DNA of 64,000 nt from a bacterium (GCA_965199855.1 OZ241326.1:1632001-1696000); one strand, 5' to 3'; counted from the first letter of the stretch, positions 18,021 through 28,073 are shown. Numbers and translations: made by a program. Notes: generated by a model from the sequence alone, not told the origin.

Positions 18021-19952
18021 ATGCCTGACGCATGGCGCGGAGCAGCGGGAGACGTCGCATCCGAGGAGTTTGAGGACGCCCATACGGAGAAGCTCGACGA
18101 GGGCGGTCGCCTGCGTCCGTGCGAGACCGACTTCGCCAGACTGGCGGAGAAGGTCATCTCCCGGCGGAGATTTCTGGGCCGGGGCGCGGCGATCGCGGCG
18201 GGCGCCTTCGTCCTGGGCGTCGGAGGGCGTGACCCCCTCCCGGCCCTCGCCGCCTCGAACCGCTTCGGGTTCGACCCCGTGCCCGCCAACGCCCTCGATA
18301 CGGTCACCGTTCCCGAAGGGTACAGCTGGCATGTCGTCGCAAGCTGGGGAGACCCGATGTGGACGCGCGCGCCCGCGTTCGACCCGGCGACGCGCGGCGA
18401 CGCGGCGAGCCAGGCGCTCGCCTTCGGCGACAACAACGACGGCATGGAGCTCTTCGTCCACGAGGGGCGGAGCGTCCTCGCGGTCAACAACGAATACGTG
18501 AACCTCCCCATATTCTACGGCGGGCGCGGCGCGGGCAAGCCCCGGACGGCCGGGGACGTGCGCAAGGGCAAGGCCGGACACGGGGTGTCGATCGTGGAGA
18601 TCGCGCGCGGGAGCGGCGGGTGGGCCATTGTGAAGGATTCGCCCTACAACCGGAGGATCACCGCTGATACTCCCATGGAGATCGCGGGGCCCGCGCGCGG
18701 GCACGACCTGCTCAGGACGGCCGCCGACCCCGCAGGCGCGCGGAGCCTCGGGACCTGGAACAACTGCGGCAGCGGCCGCACCCCCTGGGGCGCCTATCTC
18801 GCGTGCGAGGAGAATTTTCACGGCTATTTCTCATCGAGCGACCCCGGAATCGACATATCCCCCGCGTTCAGGAGATACGGCATCCGCCGCAAGGACAGGG
18901 GCTACGCCTGGGCGACGGCGGATGAGCGCTTCGACATCTCCAGGCACCCGAACGAGCCGAACCGCGCCGGCTACGTCGTCGAGATCGACCCTCTCGATCC
19001 GGCCTCGACGCCGAAGAAGCGCACCGCCCTCGGACGCTTCAAGCACGAGAACGCGGAGGTCGTCCTCGCCGCCAACGGGCAGGTGGTCGTTTATATGGGG
19101 GACGACGAGCGCGGCGAGTTCATCTACAAGTTCGTGAGCGCGGGACGCTACGCCCCGGGCGGCGACAACGCCGATCTCCTGGACAGGGGGACGCTGTTCG
19201 CGGCGAAGTTCGCCGACGGCGGCCGGGGGGAGTGGGCGGCGCTCACCCCCGCCTCCACCGGCATGGCCTCGCTCGCGGAGATATGCGTCCATACCCGCAT
19301 GGCGGCCTCGGCGGTGGGAGCGACCACGATGGATCGCCCCGAGTGGATGGCGTCGAACCCGAAGAGGGCCGAGGTCTATTGCTGCCTCACCAACAACAAG
19401 AATCGCGGGAGGAAGCCGAACAAGGGCGGCGACCTGACGCCCGTGGGCGGGCCGAACCCCCGCGAGGGCAACCTCTACGGCCAGATCGTGCGATGGCGGC
19501 CGGAGGGGGGCGACCATCTGGCGACGGCCTTCGCCTGGGACCTTTTCGTGGTCGCGGGCAACCCCGCCGTCCATGAGGGCCCCAACGCGGGTTCAAAGAA
19601 CATGGGCCCGGACAATATGTTCAACTCGCCCGACGGCCTCGCGTTCGACGGCAGGGGCATGTTGTGGATACAGACCGACGGAAACTACTCGAACGCCGGG
19701 GGATTCGCCGGCCACGGCAACAACCAGATGCTCGTGGGCGACCCCGCGACGGGCGAGATTCGCCGCTTCATGGTCGGCCCGAAGCAGTGCGAGGTCACCG
19801 GCATCGCCTGGAGCGCGGACGAGAAGACCCTGTTCGTCGGCATCCAGCATCCGGGCGAGAAGGGCGAGGGCCGCTTTCCCGACGGCGGCGACGCTCCTCC
19901 CCGCTCCTCCGTCATCGCCATAACGCGCGACGATGGGGGCGTCATCGGCTGA
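18021..19952 (+). CDS. phoX: PhoX-family alkaline phosphatase, Tat-exported
   Basis: Tat motif SRRRFL; GDNNDGM, VNNEY, NNCGSGRTPWG, ACEENF, LGRFKHE, MDRPEW, SPDGL, IQHPGE. Start may be 17946. Confidence 0.92.
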   Translation: MPDAWRGAAGDVASEEFEDAHTEKLDEGGRLRPCETDFARLAEKVISRRRFLGRGAAIAAGAFVLGVGGRDPLPALAASNRFGFDPVPANALDTVTVPEGYSWHVVASWGDPMWTRAPAFDPATRGDAASQALAFGDNNDGMELFVHEGRSVLAVNNEYVNLPIFYGGRGAGKPRTAGDVRKGKAGHGVSIVEIARGSGGWAIVKDSPYNRRITADTPMEIAGPARGHDLLRTAADPAGARSLGTWNNCGSGRTPWGAYLACEENFHGYFSSSDPGIDISPAFRRYGIRRKDRGYAWATADERFDISRHPNEPNRAGYVVEIDPLDPASTPKKRTALGRFKHENAEVVLAANGQVVVYMGDDERGEFIYKFVSAGRYAPGGDNADLLDRGTLFAAKFADGGRGEWAALTPASTGMASLAEICVHTRMAASAVGATTMDRPEWMASNPKRAEVYCCLTNNKNRGRKPNKGGDLTPVGGPNPREGNLYGQIVRWRPEGGDHLATAFAWDLFVVAGNPAVHEGPNAGSKNMGPDNMFNSPDGLAFDGRGMLWIQTDGNYSNAGGFAGHGNNQMLVGDPATGEIRRFMVGPKQCEVTGIAWSADEKTLFVGIQHPGEKGEGRFPDGGDAPPRSSVIAITRDDGGVIG

Positions 19953-20111
19953 ACGCGCCCGAACGCCTCCGGTCGCGCGCCGTCCGGCGCGAGCCGGAGG
20001 CGTTTCTCCTCGCTGGTCCCGGCGGCGCGGGCGCATCGGGGCGGCTGGAAGCGCGGCGTCCGCTTCCATGAGAGCGCGCGCCCAAAGAAGCTTCGGGATG
20101 ATGAAATTCCG

Positions 20112-20150
20112 AAAAACGCCTCGCCCCCTTGCGGGCGGGGCGTCTTTTTT
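20112..20150 (+). terminator. Intrinsic terminator after phoX
   Basis: GC hairpin acgcctcgccc-cttg-cgggcggggcgt (imperfect) followed by a T6 tract; A-tract on the other side. Confidence 0.65.
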
Positions 20151-20210
20151 CGCAAACTGATACTCACTGGGAAAAAGGGCGAGCATGTAGGTATAAAGAA
20201 AGAAAAGACA

Positions 20211-20708
20211 ATGCCTAACATAATAATGAGATGCGGCAGTTGCGGAAAAGAGGCTTACGTCGCAGTGGCGGTTTGTCCTGAGTGCGGCGAGCGAATGTTT
20301 CCCATTTTGAAGAGTTCACCCAGAGGAAAAGATGTTTCCGAAAAGAATCATATTCTCGCGAAGTCTGCCTCCAGCATCACGCTGACGACCGCGTTTTCCG
20401 TCGCTGGTCGGGAGATAGACCATGAGATCGAAGTTGTCACTGCCGAGTGTGCGTTCGGCATGAACATTTTTCGTGATTTTTTCGCTGGCGTCCGCGATGT
20501 TTTCGGCGGACGAAGCGGAGCGACTCAAAAGGTTCTAAGGGACGCCCGCAGGACGGTGCTTGCGGAATTGAAGCGCGAGGCTTTGACGGTGGGCGCGGAT
20601 GCGGTGATAGGGGTTGATCTAGACTACAGCGAGTTCAGCGGCAAGATGAAAAGCATGCTTTTTCTGGTGGCGAGTGGGACAGCCGTGAAGCTCAAGCCCC
20701 AGGAGTGA
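20211..20708 (+). CDS. YbjQ/UPF0145 protein with N-terminal zinc ribbon
   Basis: CGSC...CPEC, then GMNIFRDFFAGVRDVFGGRSG...GADAVIGVDLDY...ASGTAV. Confidence 0.85.
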   Translation: MPNIIMRCGSCGKEAYVAVAVCPECGERMFPILKSSPRGKDVSEKNHILAKSASSITLTTAFSVAGREIDHEIEVVTAECAFGMNIFRDFFAGVRDVFGGRSGATQKVLRDARRTVLAELKREALTVGADAVIGVDLDYSEFSGKMKSMLFLVASGTAVKLKPQE

Positions 20709-20818
20709 TTCTCGCAAACCCGCATCGAATCTGTTGAGCCACCACTTTAGCGAAGCGGGGGTGCTTTTCCGTCCCCGGCCCGAGAGGCAAGGGTGAGACG
20801 CGGAACGAGGACGCACCC

Positions 20819-21907
20819 ATGAGCGAGAAGCGCGAACCCATCGAATACGCCTGGTATCTGCCCTCGAACCAGCGCGGCGACGCCACGCGCCTCGGCACGG
20901 GCGAGGTGGAGATTCCCCCGGAAATCGACTATCTCGTCCACGTGGCGAAGACGGCGGAGGCGAACGGCCTGACGAACATTCTCATTCCGTGCAACACCTC
21001 CTGCTCGGACGGCTGGCTTCTGGCGGCCGCCATCTCCCGCGAGACCGAGAGGATGAAGTTCTGCGTCGCCATCCGGCCCGGCCTCACCACGCCAACCTTC
21101 GCCGTCCAGCAGGCGAACACGCTCGATTTCATCTCGGGCGGCAGACTCACGGTCAACGTGGTGCCGGGCGGCTCCTCGGTGGACGCGAGGCGCTACGGGG
21201 ACTGGGAGGATCACGACGCGCGCTACGAGCGCGCCGACGAGTTCCTGGAAGTCGCGCGCGCTCTTTGGGCGGAGGAGGGACGGGTGAACCACCGGGGCGC
21301 GCACTACCGGGTGGAGGACGGCTTCGTCTTTCCCGGCCCCGCGCGAAAGGGCGGGCCGCCGCTTTATTTCGGCGGAAGCTCGCCCGCGGCCAAGCGCGTC
21401 ATCGCCAGACACGCCGACGTTTTTCTCAAATGGGGCGAGCCGCCCTGGCAGATAGCGGAAGAATACGAGGACGTCAGGAAGATGGCGCGCGAGGAGCATG
21501 GCCGGCATATCAGACTGGGCGTGCGGTTCCACATTCTCGTGCGCGAGGACGACGCGCAGGCCAAGCGGGAGGCGGAGGCGATGATCGCGGGGGCGGCATC
21601 CTACGGGGAGGCGTCCTCGGTCACAGGCTCCGTCGCCGGCCGGGTGGAATCCGTCTCGCAGCAGCGCATGAACGCCATGACGGCGGAGGGGAAGCTCTGG
21701 CACGGCCCCGCGCTTTTCTCGGGCGTCAACCTCGTGCGCCAGGGGGCGGGCACCATGCTCGCGGGCAGCCCGCAGGTGGTGGCCGACGCCATGCGCGAAT
21801 ACATCGAGATCGGCGCCACCACCTTCATCCTCTCCGGTTGGCCGCACGACGCGGAGGCCCGCAACTTCGGAAAATACCTCCTGCCCCTTCTGCCCGATGA
21901 GGCTTGA
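20819..21907 (+). CDS. Luciferase-like flavin monooxygenase (SsuD/alkanesulfonate monooxygenase-like)
   Basis: FCVAIRPG, TLDFISGGRLTVNVVPG, RYERADEFL, PPLYFGGSS, WGEP, FILSGWPH. Confidence 0.88.
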   Translation: MSEKREPIEYAWYLPSNQRGDATRLGTGEVEIPPEIDYLVHVAKTAEANGLTNILIPCNTSCSDGWLLAAAISRETERMKFCVAIRPGLTTPTFAVQQANTLDFISGGRLTVNVVPGGSSVDARRYGDWEDHDARYERADEFLEVARALWAEEGRVNHRGAHYRVEDGFVFPGPARKGGPPLYFGGSSPAAKRVIARHADVFLKWGEPPWQIAEEYEDVRKMAREEHGRHIRLGVRFHILVREDDAQAKREAEAMIAGAASYGEASSVTGSVAGRVESVSQQRMNAMTAEGKLWHGPALFSGVNLVRQGAGTMLAGSPQVVADAMREYIEIGATTFILSGWPHDAEARNFGKYLLPLLPDEA

Positions 21908-22013
21908 TTTTTTAGGGGGCGTTTCAATTCCATGCCGGTCTGATACTATTAAAGATGGATAGAAGCATACGCCAGCCGTATCACAGGTCGCCCGACCTAG
22001 AATTGGCTCAATC

Positions 22014-22955
22014 ATGCAGCAAATGAAACTGGATCAGGCGATTGAGAACAGGAACAGAAGCTGGGATGGCCACCCGCTCATCCCGAGCTGGGTCGATGTT
22101 CACAATGTCGATCTGGATCAATTCTTTACGAGACCCGAAATAGCCGGGCATTGCGTCAGGTCGCTCCATGACTGGATGGCTCAGGATGACGCGCAGCCGG
22201 AGCGCTACACCTATATCGAACCGGCTGCGGGAGGTTGCGCATTCTATAATCTGTTGCCGGAAAATCGCCGAATCGGGATTGATATTCTGCCCCTGCAGGA
22301 CGACTTGATTGAGGGCGATTTTCTGTCATGGCGGCCTCGGTCCGTGGGCAAATACGCCGTCATCGGCAATCCCCCGTTCGGCTACCGCGCCTGGCTGGCC
22401 CTGGCCTTCATCAATCACGCGGCGACCTTCGCCGACTACGTCGGCCTCATTCTCCCGATGGCTTTTCAGAGCGACGGCAAGGGCAGTCCGAAATTGCGGG
22501 TTCATGGCCTGCGGCTCATCCATACGGAATACCTGCCGCAGGACAGCTTTGCGGATATTTACGGGCGTCCGGCGAAGGTCAACGCGCTTTGGCAGGTCTG
22601 GCAGCGCGGCGTGAACAACGTCACCCCCCTGAAGCCGTGCGATACCTGGATAGACCTGTTTACCGTTGACATGCGGAAGGAGCGCCTGTGCGGCCAAGGA
22701 CGCCTGGGCGAAGCGGATTACTTCCTGCAGCGCACTTTTTACAGGGAGTCGCCTTCTCTGGTGCGCGATTTCTCGCAGGTGCGTTACGTATGCGGATACG
22801 GAATCGTGGTCAAAAAAGAGAAAGAGAGCGTCGTCAGCCTCCTCAACAACGCGGACTGGACGAGATACAGCAACCTCGCCGCGCACAACTGCCACCATAT
22901 AAGCATGTATCACATTCGCAAGATCCTGACGGACGCTGGCTATGTCGATGCGTGA
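22014..22955 (+). CDS. DNA adenine methyltransferase (motif I before NPPF)
   Basis: DQFFT, YIEPAAGGCAF, IGIDI, VIGNPPFG; AT-richer insert. Confidence 0.88.
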   Translation: MQQMKLDQAIENRNRSWDGHPLIPSWVDVHNVDLDQFFTRPEIAGHCVRSLHDWMAQDDAQPERYTYIEPAAGGCAFYNLLPENRRIGIDILPLQDDLIEGDFLSWRPRSVGKYAVIGNPPFGYRAWLALAFINHAATFADYVGLILPMAFQSDGKGSPKLRVHGLRLIHTEYLPQDSFADIYGRPAKVNALWQVWQRGVNNVTPLKPCDTWIDLFTVDMRKERLCGQGRLGEADYFLQRTFYRESPSLVRDFSQVRYVCGYGIVVKKEKESVVSLLNNADWTRYSNLAAHNCHHISMYHIRKILTDAGYVDA

Positions 22956-23466
22956 TCCGCACCGGATTCTGCTGGATGTTCTGGCTGTTCATGGCGACCA
23001 CCCGAAATGGCGGGATTCTCCGTTCAAGTAAGATCAAGCATGTTTCAAACACGAAGGTCGGCGCGGTCGGGCAGGATTTCGTCGAGGCCCTTTGCGGGGC
23101 AACAGGCTTTGACGTTGAATTCCCTGTGAATCGCCCGGTCAGAGGGCAGTCCAAAATCCGTGGGACATTAAAATCGAGGGAAAGACTTTTGAACTGAAGA
23201 CCGCGACCGAGGATATAGGCGGCAATTTTCAGTTTAATCACGTCAGATATCACCGACAATACGAGGCTGTCCTGTGCATCGGCATCGCCCCGGCCGATAT
23301 TCTTTTTGACGTCTGGTCCAAAGCCGAGATTACGACGGGATTGGCCGGCAATCTTGTGTCGATGGAAAAAGGGGCGAATGCGTCCTATAAGCTGACCAAG
23401 AGGAAAACCGATCTGCACCCGATCGATGAATTTCAGGATGGTTTGCTGGCGTTTTTGGCAAGATGA
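22942..23466 (+). pseudogene. Putative PD-(D/E)XK restriction endonuclease with two frameshifts
   Basis: Frame A MSMRDPHRILLDVL...SPFK* (TAA 23029-23031); +1 frame KIKHVSNTKVGAVGQDFVEALC; back to frame A QNPWDIKIEGKTFELKTATED...FQFNHVRYHR...LAR* (TGA 23464-23466). Start overlaps the MTase 3' end. Confidence 0.75.
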
Positions 23467-23535
23467 GAGGGAATGGAATTTCGGGAAGAGGTTTGGGCTT
23501 TTCTCTGTCCTCCATTCTCTAAGCCAGTAGCGCCC

Positions 23536-24483
23536 CTATCTCCGGATCAATATCTCCTCCGAGACCGAGGCGAGGTCGGGGCAGCCGGCCATGACCATGG
23601 CGCGCCGGAGCTCCTCATTCAGGAGCTCCAGCATCCGCGCCACCCCTTCCGCCCCGCCGGCGAACAGACCGAGCACAAGCCCCCGGCCCGCCAGCGCCCC
23701 CTTCGCCCCCCGCGCGAGCAGCTTCAGGACGTCCTCCCCCCGGCGGACGCCGCTTTCCGCCAGCACGAGAACGTCGTCGCCCACTTCTCGGACGACCTCG
23801 GGCAGGGTTTCGAGGGGATGCCCCCAGGAGGGCCCGTGCGACCCCCCGTGAGCGGTGACGATGATCGCCGCGGCGCCGGCGTCTCGCGCGGCGCGCGCGC
23901 TCTCGGCCGAGCCCACGGCCTTGAAGATGAAGGGAAGATCGGTGGCGCGCGCGTATTCCTCGAGCGCGGCCAGTGTCTGCGGGGCGCATTCCTCATTGTA
24001 GAAGCCGGACTCGAAGTCCATCCCCACCGCGAACGCGCCCGTGTCCTCGGCAAGCTTGAGGGAGGAGACGACGCGCTCGCGCTCGCGCCAGGGCTTCACG
24101 ATGCGCACGGCGGAGGGGGCGGCGGCGGCCACCTTCTTCCAGGTCTCATCCTCGCAGTCGCCGATCCAGTATTGGGTTCCGAAGCGCGCCGCGCCCTCGG
24201 AAACCTCGCGGAAGGCGTCACGCCTGTGGCGGCCGAGGGTGTTCTCGCTCATCGAGGCGGTCATGACGGGGCCGCGCAGCCTCTTGCCCAGAAAGTCGAA
24301 GGTCGTGTCCGCCTCCGCCGCGAGCGGCAGGCGCATCTTGAGGCCGAACCGCTCGTAGCCCGCCCGCGCCGCCGCCGTCCCCGGCAGGACGGGGCCCAGA
24401 ACGTCAAACGGGTTCTCCTCGCCCGCCTTTTCGAGATTCTCCCGCGCTTGCTCGTAGAGCGCCCGATACGCCTGCTCGCTCAT
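23536..24483 (-). CDS. FMN-dependent alpha-hydroxy-acid oxidase/dehydrogenase family protein (divergent)
   Basis: PVMTASM, LPFIFKAV, AHGG, ESGVRRGEDVLKLLARGA, LAGR, ELRRAMVMAG. Confidence 0.85.
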   Translation of the reverse strand: MSEQAYRALYEQARENLEKAGEENPFDVLGPVLPGTAAARAGYERFGLKMRLPLAAEADTTFDFLGKRLRGPVMTASMSENTLGRHRRDAFREVSEGAARFGTQYWIGDCEDETWKKVAAAAPSAVRIVKPWRERERVVSSLKLAEDTGAFAVGMDFESGFYNEECAPQTLAALEEYARATDLPFIFKAVGSAESARAARDAGAAAIIVTAHGGSHGPSWGHPLETLPEVVREVGDDVLVLAESGVRRGEDVLKLLARGAKGALAGRGLVLGLFAGGAEGVARMLELLNEELRRAMVMAGCPDLASVSEEILIRR

Positions 24484-24624
24484 CTCCCGCTCTCCTTTCT
24501 CCTCCGGCTCCGCCCGCCGCCGCGCGCGCCTGGCGGATGCGCCTCCCCCGCGCTATGATTCGCGGACGGACGCGAAGAAATCCGCCGGCGAGCGAGCGCC
24601 GCCGCCATCCAGGGAGGAGTCGCC

Positions 24625-24933
24625 ATGATCATGGTCATTCTACACTATCCCGCCGTCGCGCCCACGCTCGGCGAAGTGCGCGAGGACAAGGAGAAGGCCG
24701 TCCCCTTCTTCGAGAACGAAGTTCCCGGCCTCATCGACAAGACATGGGGCATGAACGAGGGGACGCGCCGCATGGCCTCGGTCTATCACTTCGAGGATCG
24801 GGAGACCGCCGACGCCTGGTTCAACTCCGAGAAGCAGCGCGCCTTCCGCAGGGAGAACGGCGCCAGCCTCGAGTTCTTCGACGTGGCGGCGCTCGCCTTC
24901 ACGAAGCCCCTGCGCGAGGAGGCCGCCGCCTGA
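24625..24933 (+). CDS. YdhR/ABM-like small monooxygenase-fold protein
   Basis: VPGLIDKTW...SVYHFEDRETADAW pattern of the dimeric alpha+beta barrel family; GGAGG RBS. Confidence 0.7.
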   Translation: MIMVILHYPAVAPTLGEVREDKEKAVPFFENEVPGLIDKTWGMNEGTRRMASVYHFEDRETADAWFNSEKQRAFRRENGASLEFFDVAALAFTKPLREEAAA

Positions 24934-25094
24934 TCCCGCGCGGGCGCGCCCGGCGGGAAAATACCGTCCCGCGGCGCCTTTCCGCGGGAGTTACTTAAGA
25001 GCCGGCGTCGCGGCCCGCGGCGCCCATCTCGCGGAACTGGGCGAGCGGGTCGGGCGTCTCGCCGGCCGCGGCCGCCTGGGCGGCCTGCTCCGCC

Positions 25095-25160
25095 CGCCTC
25101 CGCGCCGATGAAGATCGGATCCCGGGGTTCCTGCTTCGGCTTCTCGCTTTCCGGCCTCAT
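25095..25160 (-). pseudogene. Truncated small gene coupled to the zeta-toxin-like gene (possible antitoxin remnant)
   Basis: ATG overlaps the upstream TGA (ATGA); MRPESEKPKQEPRDPIFIGAEA then no recognisable continuation. Left boundary approximate. Confidence 0.35.
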
Positions 25161-25679
25161 TCGTTCCGCCCCTCCGCCAGCAACTTCGGCTCATCGCCCG
25201 AATTGTCATACAAGGCCCACGCGTCAACAAGGTCTCGATAGAGTTTCTCGAAGTTGCGCCGCCCGGCGTGGAACCGTCTGCGGATCACCGCCTCGGGCGC
25301 GTCGTGGCCTCCTTCCGAGACGCGCTGCGCGACGCGCCCGACAGCGAGCCCGGGCGTCGCCAGCCGCAGGAAGGACAGATGAACGCGGTAGCCCCGCTTT
25401 CACCAGCGGGGAATCCGGCGCGCGTGGCCGCGCCCGCTCAGCGTCGTCTCGAAGACGAAACTCTCGTCACGCGATGCGTATTCGCTCCAGCATCCGCCTG
25501 CCGGCCTCGACGCCGGGCAGGTTCGGATGAAAGGGGCTCAGCCCGGCCGCGATGAGATCGGCGTTGATGAAAGCGGGGCAGTCCGCCTCGTTCGGCGGAA
25601 ATTCCGTGGCGAACGTCGTTTTGCCCGCGCCGTTCGGCCCGGCGATGATGAATATCTTTTTGTCGCTCGCGTCCGCCAA
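25157..25679 (-). pseudogene. Zeta-toxin-like P-loop kinase/ATPase, disrupted
   Basis: [20 protein letters not shown], stop at 25467-25469; next frame ESFVFETTLSG...W*(25400-25402)KRGY...RVAQRVSEGGHDAPE...YDNS. Confidence 0.85.
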
Positions 25680-25708
25680 AGCCGGCCCCCGCCCAGTCTC
25701 CGCCCCCG

Positions 25709-26812
25709 CTAGGTGAAGCGCATGGGGTCGTAGGGCGCGGGGTCGAGCGGAGGAGCGGCGCCCAGGTAGAGCGCCGCCGCCAGCCGCGCGCTCGCGGGCG
25801 CGGGCCCGATGCCCGAGGGCCCGTGCCCGGCGCAGAAGTAGAGCCCCTCGAGAGCGCCCTGGCCGATGAGGGGCAGGTAGTCGGAGGAGGTGGGCCGGAA
25901 GCCGCTCCAGGTCTCCTCGATGGCGCACGAGGCGATGGAGGGGGCGACCCGCGCCCCCTCGCGCAGCAGCCAGGAGAGGCCGCCCACCGTCAGCCTCGGA
26001 TCCTCGCCGGCGAACTCGCGCGTGGCGCCCAGGAGAACGCGCCCGTCGGCGCGGGGGACGAGATAGGGATCGCTGACGGTCAGCGCCACGCGCCCGAGGC
26101 CGAGGGCGCGGGCGTCCAGGGAGACCATCTGCCCGCGCTGGGGTGTGATGGGCGGGCGCGGGGAGGCGCCGGGCAGGCTGCGGCTGCCGACGCCCGCGCA
26201 GACGAATACGGCGGGCGCCTCGTGGACGCCGTCGTCCGCGCGAACGCCCGTGACCCTGCCGTCCTCGCTCAGGATTTCCTCCGCCGCGCGGCCCGCGATG
26301 ATCTCCACCCCCTGGCGCCGGCAGGCGAGCTCGAGGGCGGGCCCCAGCTTGCGGACTTCCAGGTTTCCGCCCGAGACGAGCAGCGCCCCCGCGAGCGCGT
26401 CCGAGAGGCAGGGCTCCTCGCTTCGCAGGACGGCGGGCGGCATCCACTCGGTGTCGCCCCATTCGCGGGCGCGGGCCTTCTTCTGAATGGCCTCCGCCTC
26501 CGCCTCGTCCAGGGCGAGGAGCAGGACGCCGGTGGGGCGGTATTCGAGGTCGGCTCCGCTCTCCTCGGCGATGGCGTTCGCCAGAAGGGGCCATTCCTCG
26601 AAGGAGGCGGTTCTGAGCCTGAGGCCCGGCGCGCCCGCCACGTCGGCGGAGCCGCTCGTGCCGTGGGCGGAGATGATGCCCGCCGATGCCCAGGTCGCGC
26701 CCGCTCCCGGCCGGCTCTTTTCGATGACGGCGACGCTTCGGCCCGCCCTGCGGAGCTCCCTGGCCGTGAGGAGGCCCATGACGCCGCCGCCGATGATGAT
26801 AGCGTCTCGCAT
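25709..26812 (-). CDS. FAD-dependent glycine/D-amino-acid oxidase (ThiO-like)
   Basis: [45 protein letters not shown]. Confidence 0.88.
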   Translation of the reverse strand: MRDAIIIGGGVMGLLTARELRRAGRSVAVIEKSRPGAGATWASAGIISAHGTSGSADVAGAPGLRLRTASFEEWPLLANAIAEESGADLEYRPTGVLLLALDEAEAEAIQKKARAREWGDTEWMPPAVLRSEEPCLSDALAGALLVSGGNLEVRKLGPALELACRRQGVEIIAGRAAEEILSEDGRVTGVRADDGVHEAPAVFVCAGVGSRSLPGASPRPPITPQRGQMVSLDARALGLGRVALTVSDPYLVPRADGRVLLGATREFAGEDPRLTVGGLSWLLREGARVAPSIASCAIEETWSGFRPTSSDYLPLIGQGALEGLYFCAGHGPSGIGPAPASARLAAALYLGAAPPLDPAPYDPMRFT

Positions 26813-26935
26813 GAAGCGCCTTTCTCGCTCGCGCGTCCGTTCGGACGCCGCCGCAAGGGGGACGTTGGCGCGGAGGATTCGATTTATAGCATGGAGGCTT
26901 CCCCCTCCCGCAAGCGGGCAGCCGGGGCGGCGGGC

Positions 26936-26968
26936 AAAAAAACGGCGGCCCGGGCCGGGCCGCCGTTT
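26936..26968 (-). terminator. Intrinsic terminator after the cold-shock gene
   Basis: Minus strand aaacggcggccc-ggccc-gggccgccgttttttt. Confidence 0.7.
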
Positions 26969-26993
26969 GTGGCGCCGTCTCGATGCGGCGTCT

Positions 26994-27212
26994 CTATTCT
27001 TCCTCGGCCGCGCCCCCCTTCGTGACGTTGGCCGCCTGGAGCCCTTTCGGGCCCTGGACAATTTCGAAGTTCACGTTCTGTCCTTCCTCCAGGGTCTTGA
27101 AGCCGTCTCCCTGGATGGCGGAGAAGTGAACGAAGACGTCGTCACCGTCCGCTTGCGAAATGAAGCCGTACCCCTTTGCGTCGTTGAACCACTTCACTGT
27201 TCCTTCTGGCAC
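26994..27212 (-). CDS. Cold-shock protein (CspA family)
   Basis: [34 protein letters not shown]; GTG start after GGAG. Confidence 0.96.
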   Translation of the reverse strand: MPEGTVKWFNDAKGYGFISQADGDDVFVHFSAIQGDGFKTLEEGQNVNFEIVQGPKGLQAANVTKGGAAEEE

Positions 27213-27443
27213 TTGCTCATCTCCTGCGAATTTGGAAATGGGGGAGAGATGGATCGGGAAGGATGCTTCACTCCGGCAACATTTCCAGAAAACCTGAGTT
27301 GGCCGCGCCAACCGCGACCGTTGGACATTCTTATATCAAACTACGCGCCGCCTTGCAACCTCCTAATTTCTTATGTAGCAAGTTTTCTCCAAAGCGGGTG
27401 AAAGGCGCCGCGCGCGCCGGTTCGGAGGGGAGGGGCGACGTCG

Positions 27444-27992
27444 ATGGGCCGTCTGAGGGAAACGCCGCCGGAGCGGATGACGGAGGCGCAGAGGAAGCTC
27501 CATGACGAAATCGCCGCGGGCCCCCGGGGAGGGGCGCGGGGACCCTTCCTCGCGTGGCTCAAGAGCCCGGCCTATCTCGAAAGGCTGGAGAAGACGGGGC
27601 GCTACCTGCGCTACGATACGCTGTTCGAGCCCCGGCTGAGCGAGTTCGCGATTCTGATTACCGCCCGCTTCTGGCGCTCGCAATACGAGTGGTACGCCCA
27701 TGCGCCCCTGGCAGCGAAGGCGGGGCTTTCGCCCGACGTCATCGAGGCGGTTCGGGAGAACAGGCGGCCCGCCGGAATGGCCGCGGACGAGGAGGCGCTT
27801 TACGATTTCTGCAAGGCGCTGCACGAGGAGCATTTCGTCCCGGATGAAATTTATGAAGGAGCGCTCGCGCTCTTCGGGGAGCGCGGTCTGGTGGAGCTGA
27901 TCGGCCTCATCGGGCATTACACGACCGTCTCCATGACGCTCAACGCATTCGAGATGGAGGCGCCGGAGGGCGAGGAGCCTCCGCTCGGGTAA
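27444..27992 (+). CDS. Carboxymuconolactone decarboxylase (AhpD-like) family protein
   Basis: GPFLAWLKSP, SEFAILITARFWRSQYEWYAH, LVELIGLIGHY. Confidence 0.85.
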   Translation: MGRLRETPPERMTEAQRKLHDEIAAGPRGGARGPFLAWLKSPAYLERLEKTGRYLRYDTLFEPRLSEFAILITARFWRSQYEWYAHAPLAAKAGLSPDVIEAVRENRRPAGMAADEEALYDFCKALHEEHFVPDEIYEGALALFGERGLVELIGLIGHYTTVSMTLNAFEMEAPEGEEPPLG

Positions 27993-28073
27993 AGGCCCCG
28001 GGCGCGCCGCCCGCCTTGGGGCCGCGGCGCCGATGAGCGCGCCGGGAAAGTTCGTTTCGGGAAAGGGAGCCGC

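Noticed and set aside
21910-23540. Terminal inverted repeats around R-M cassette 2 (tagggggcg / cgcccta)
   Set aside because: Short and imperfect, and one arm includes a neighbouring stop codon; not distinguishable from chance.
25709-26812. thiO gene symbol
   Set aside because: No thiS/thiG or TPP riboswitch nearby and the GHxRNG motif reads GHGPSG; left at family level.
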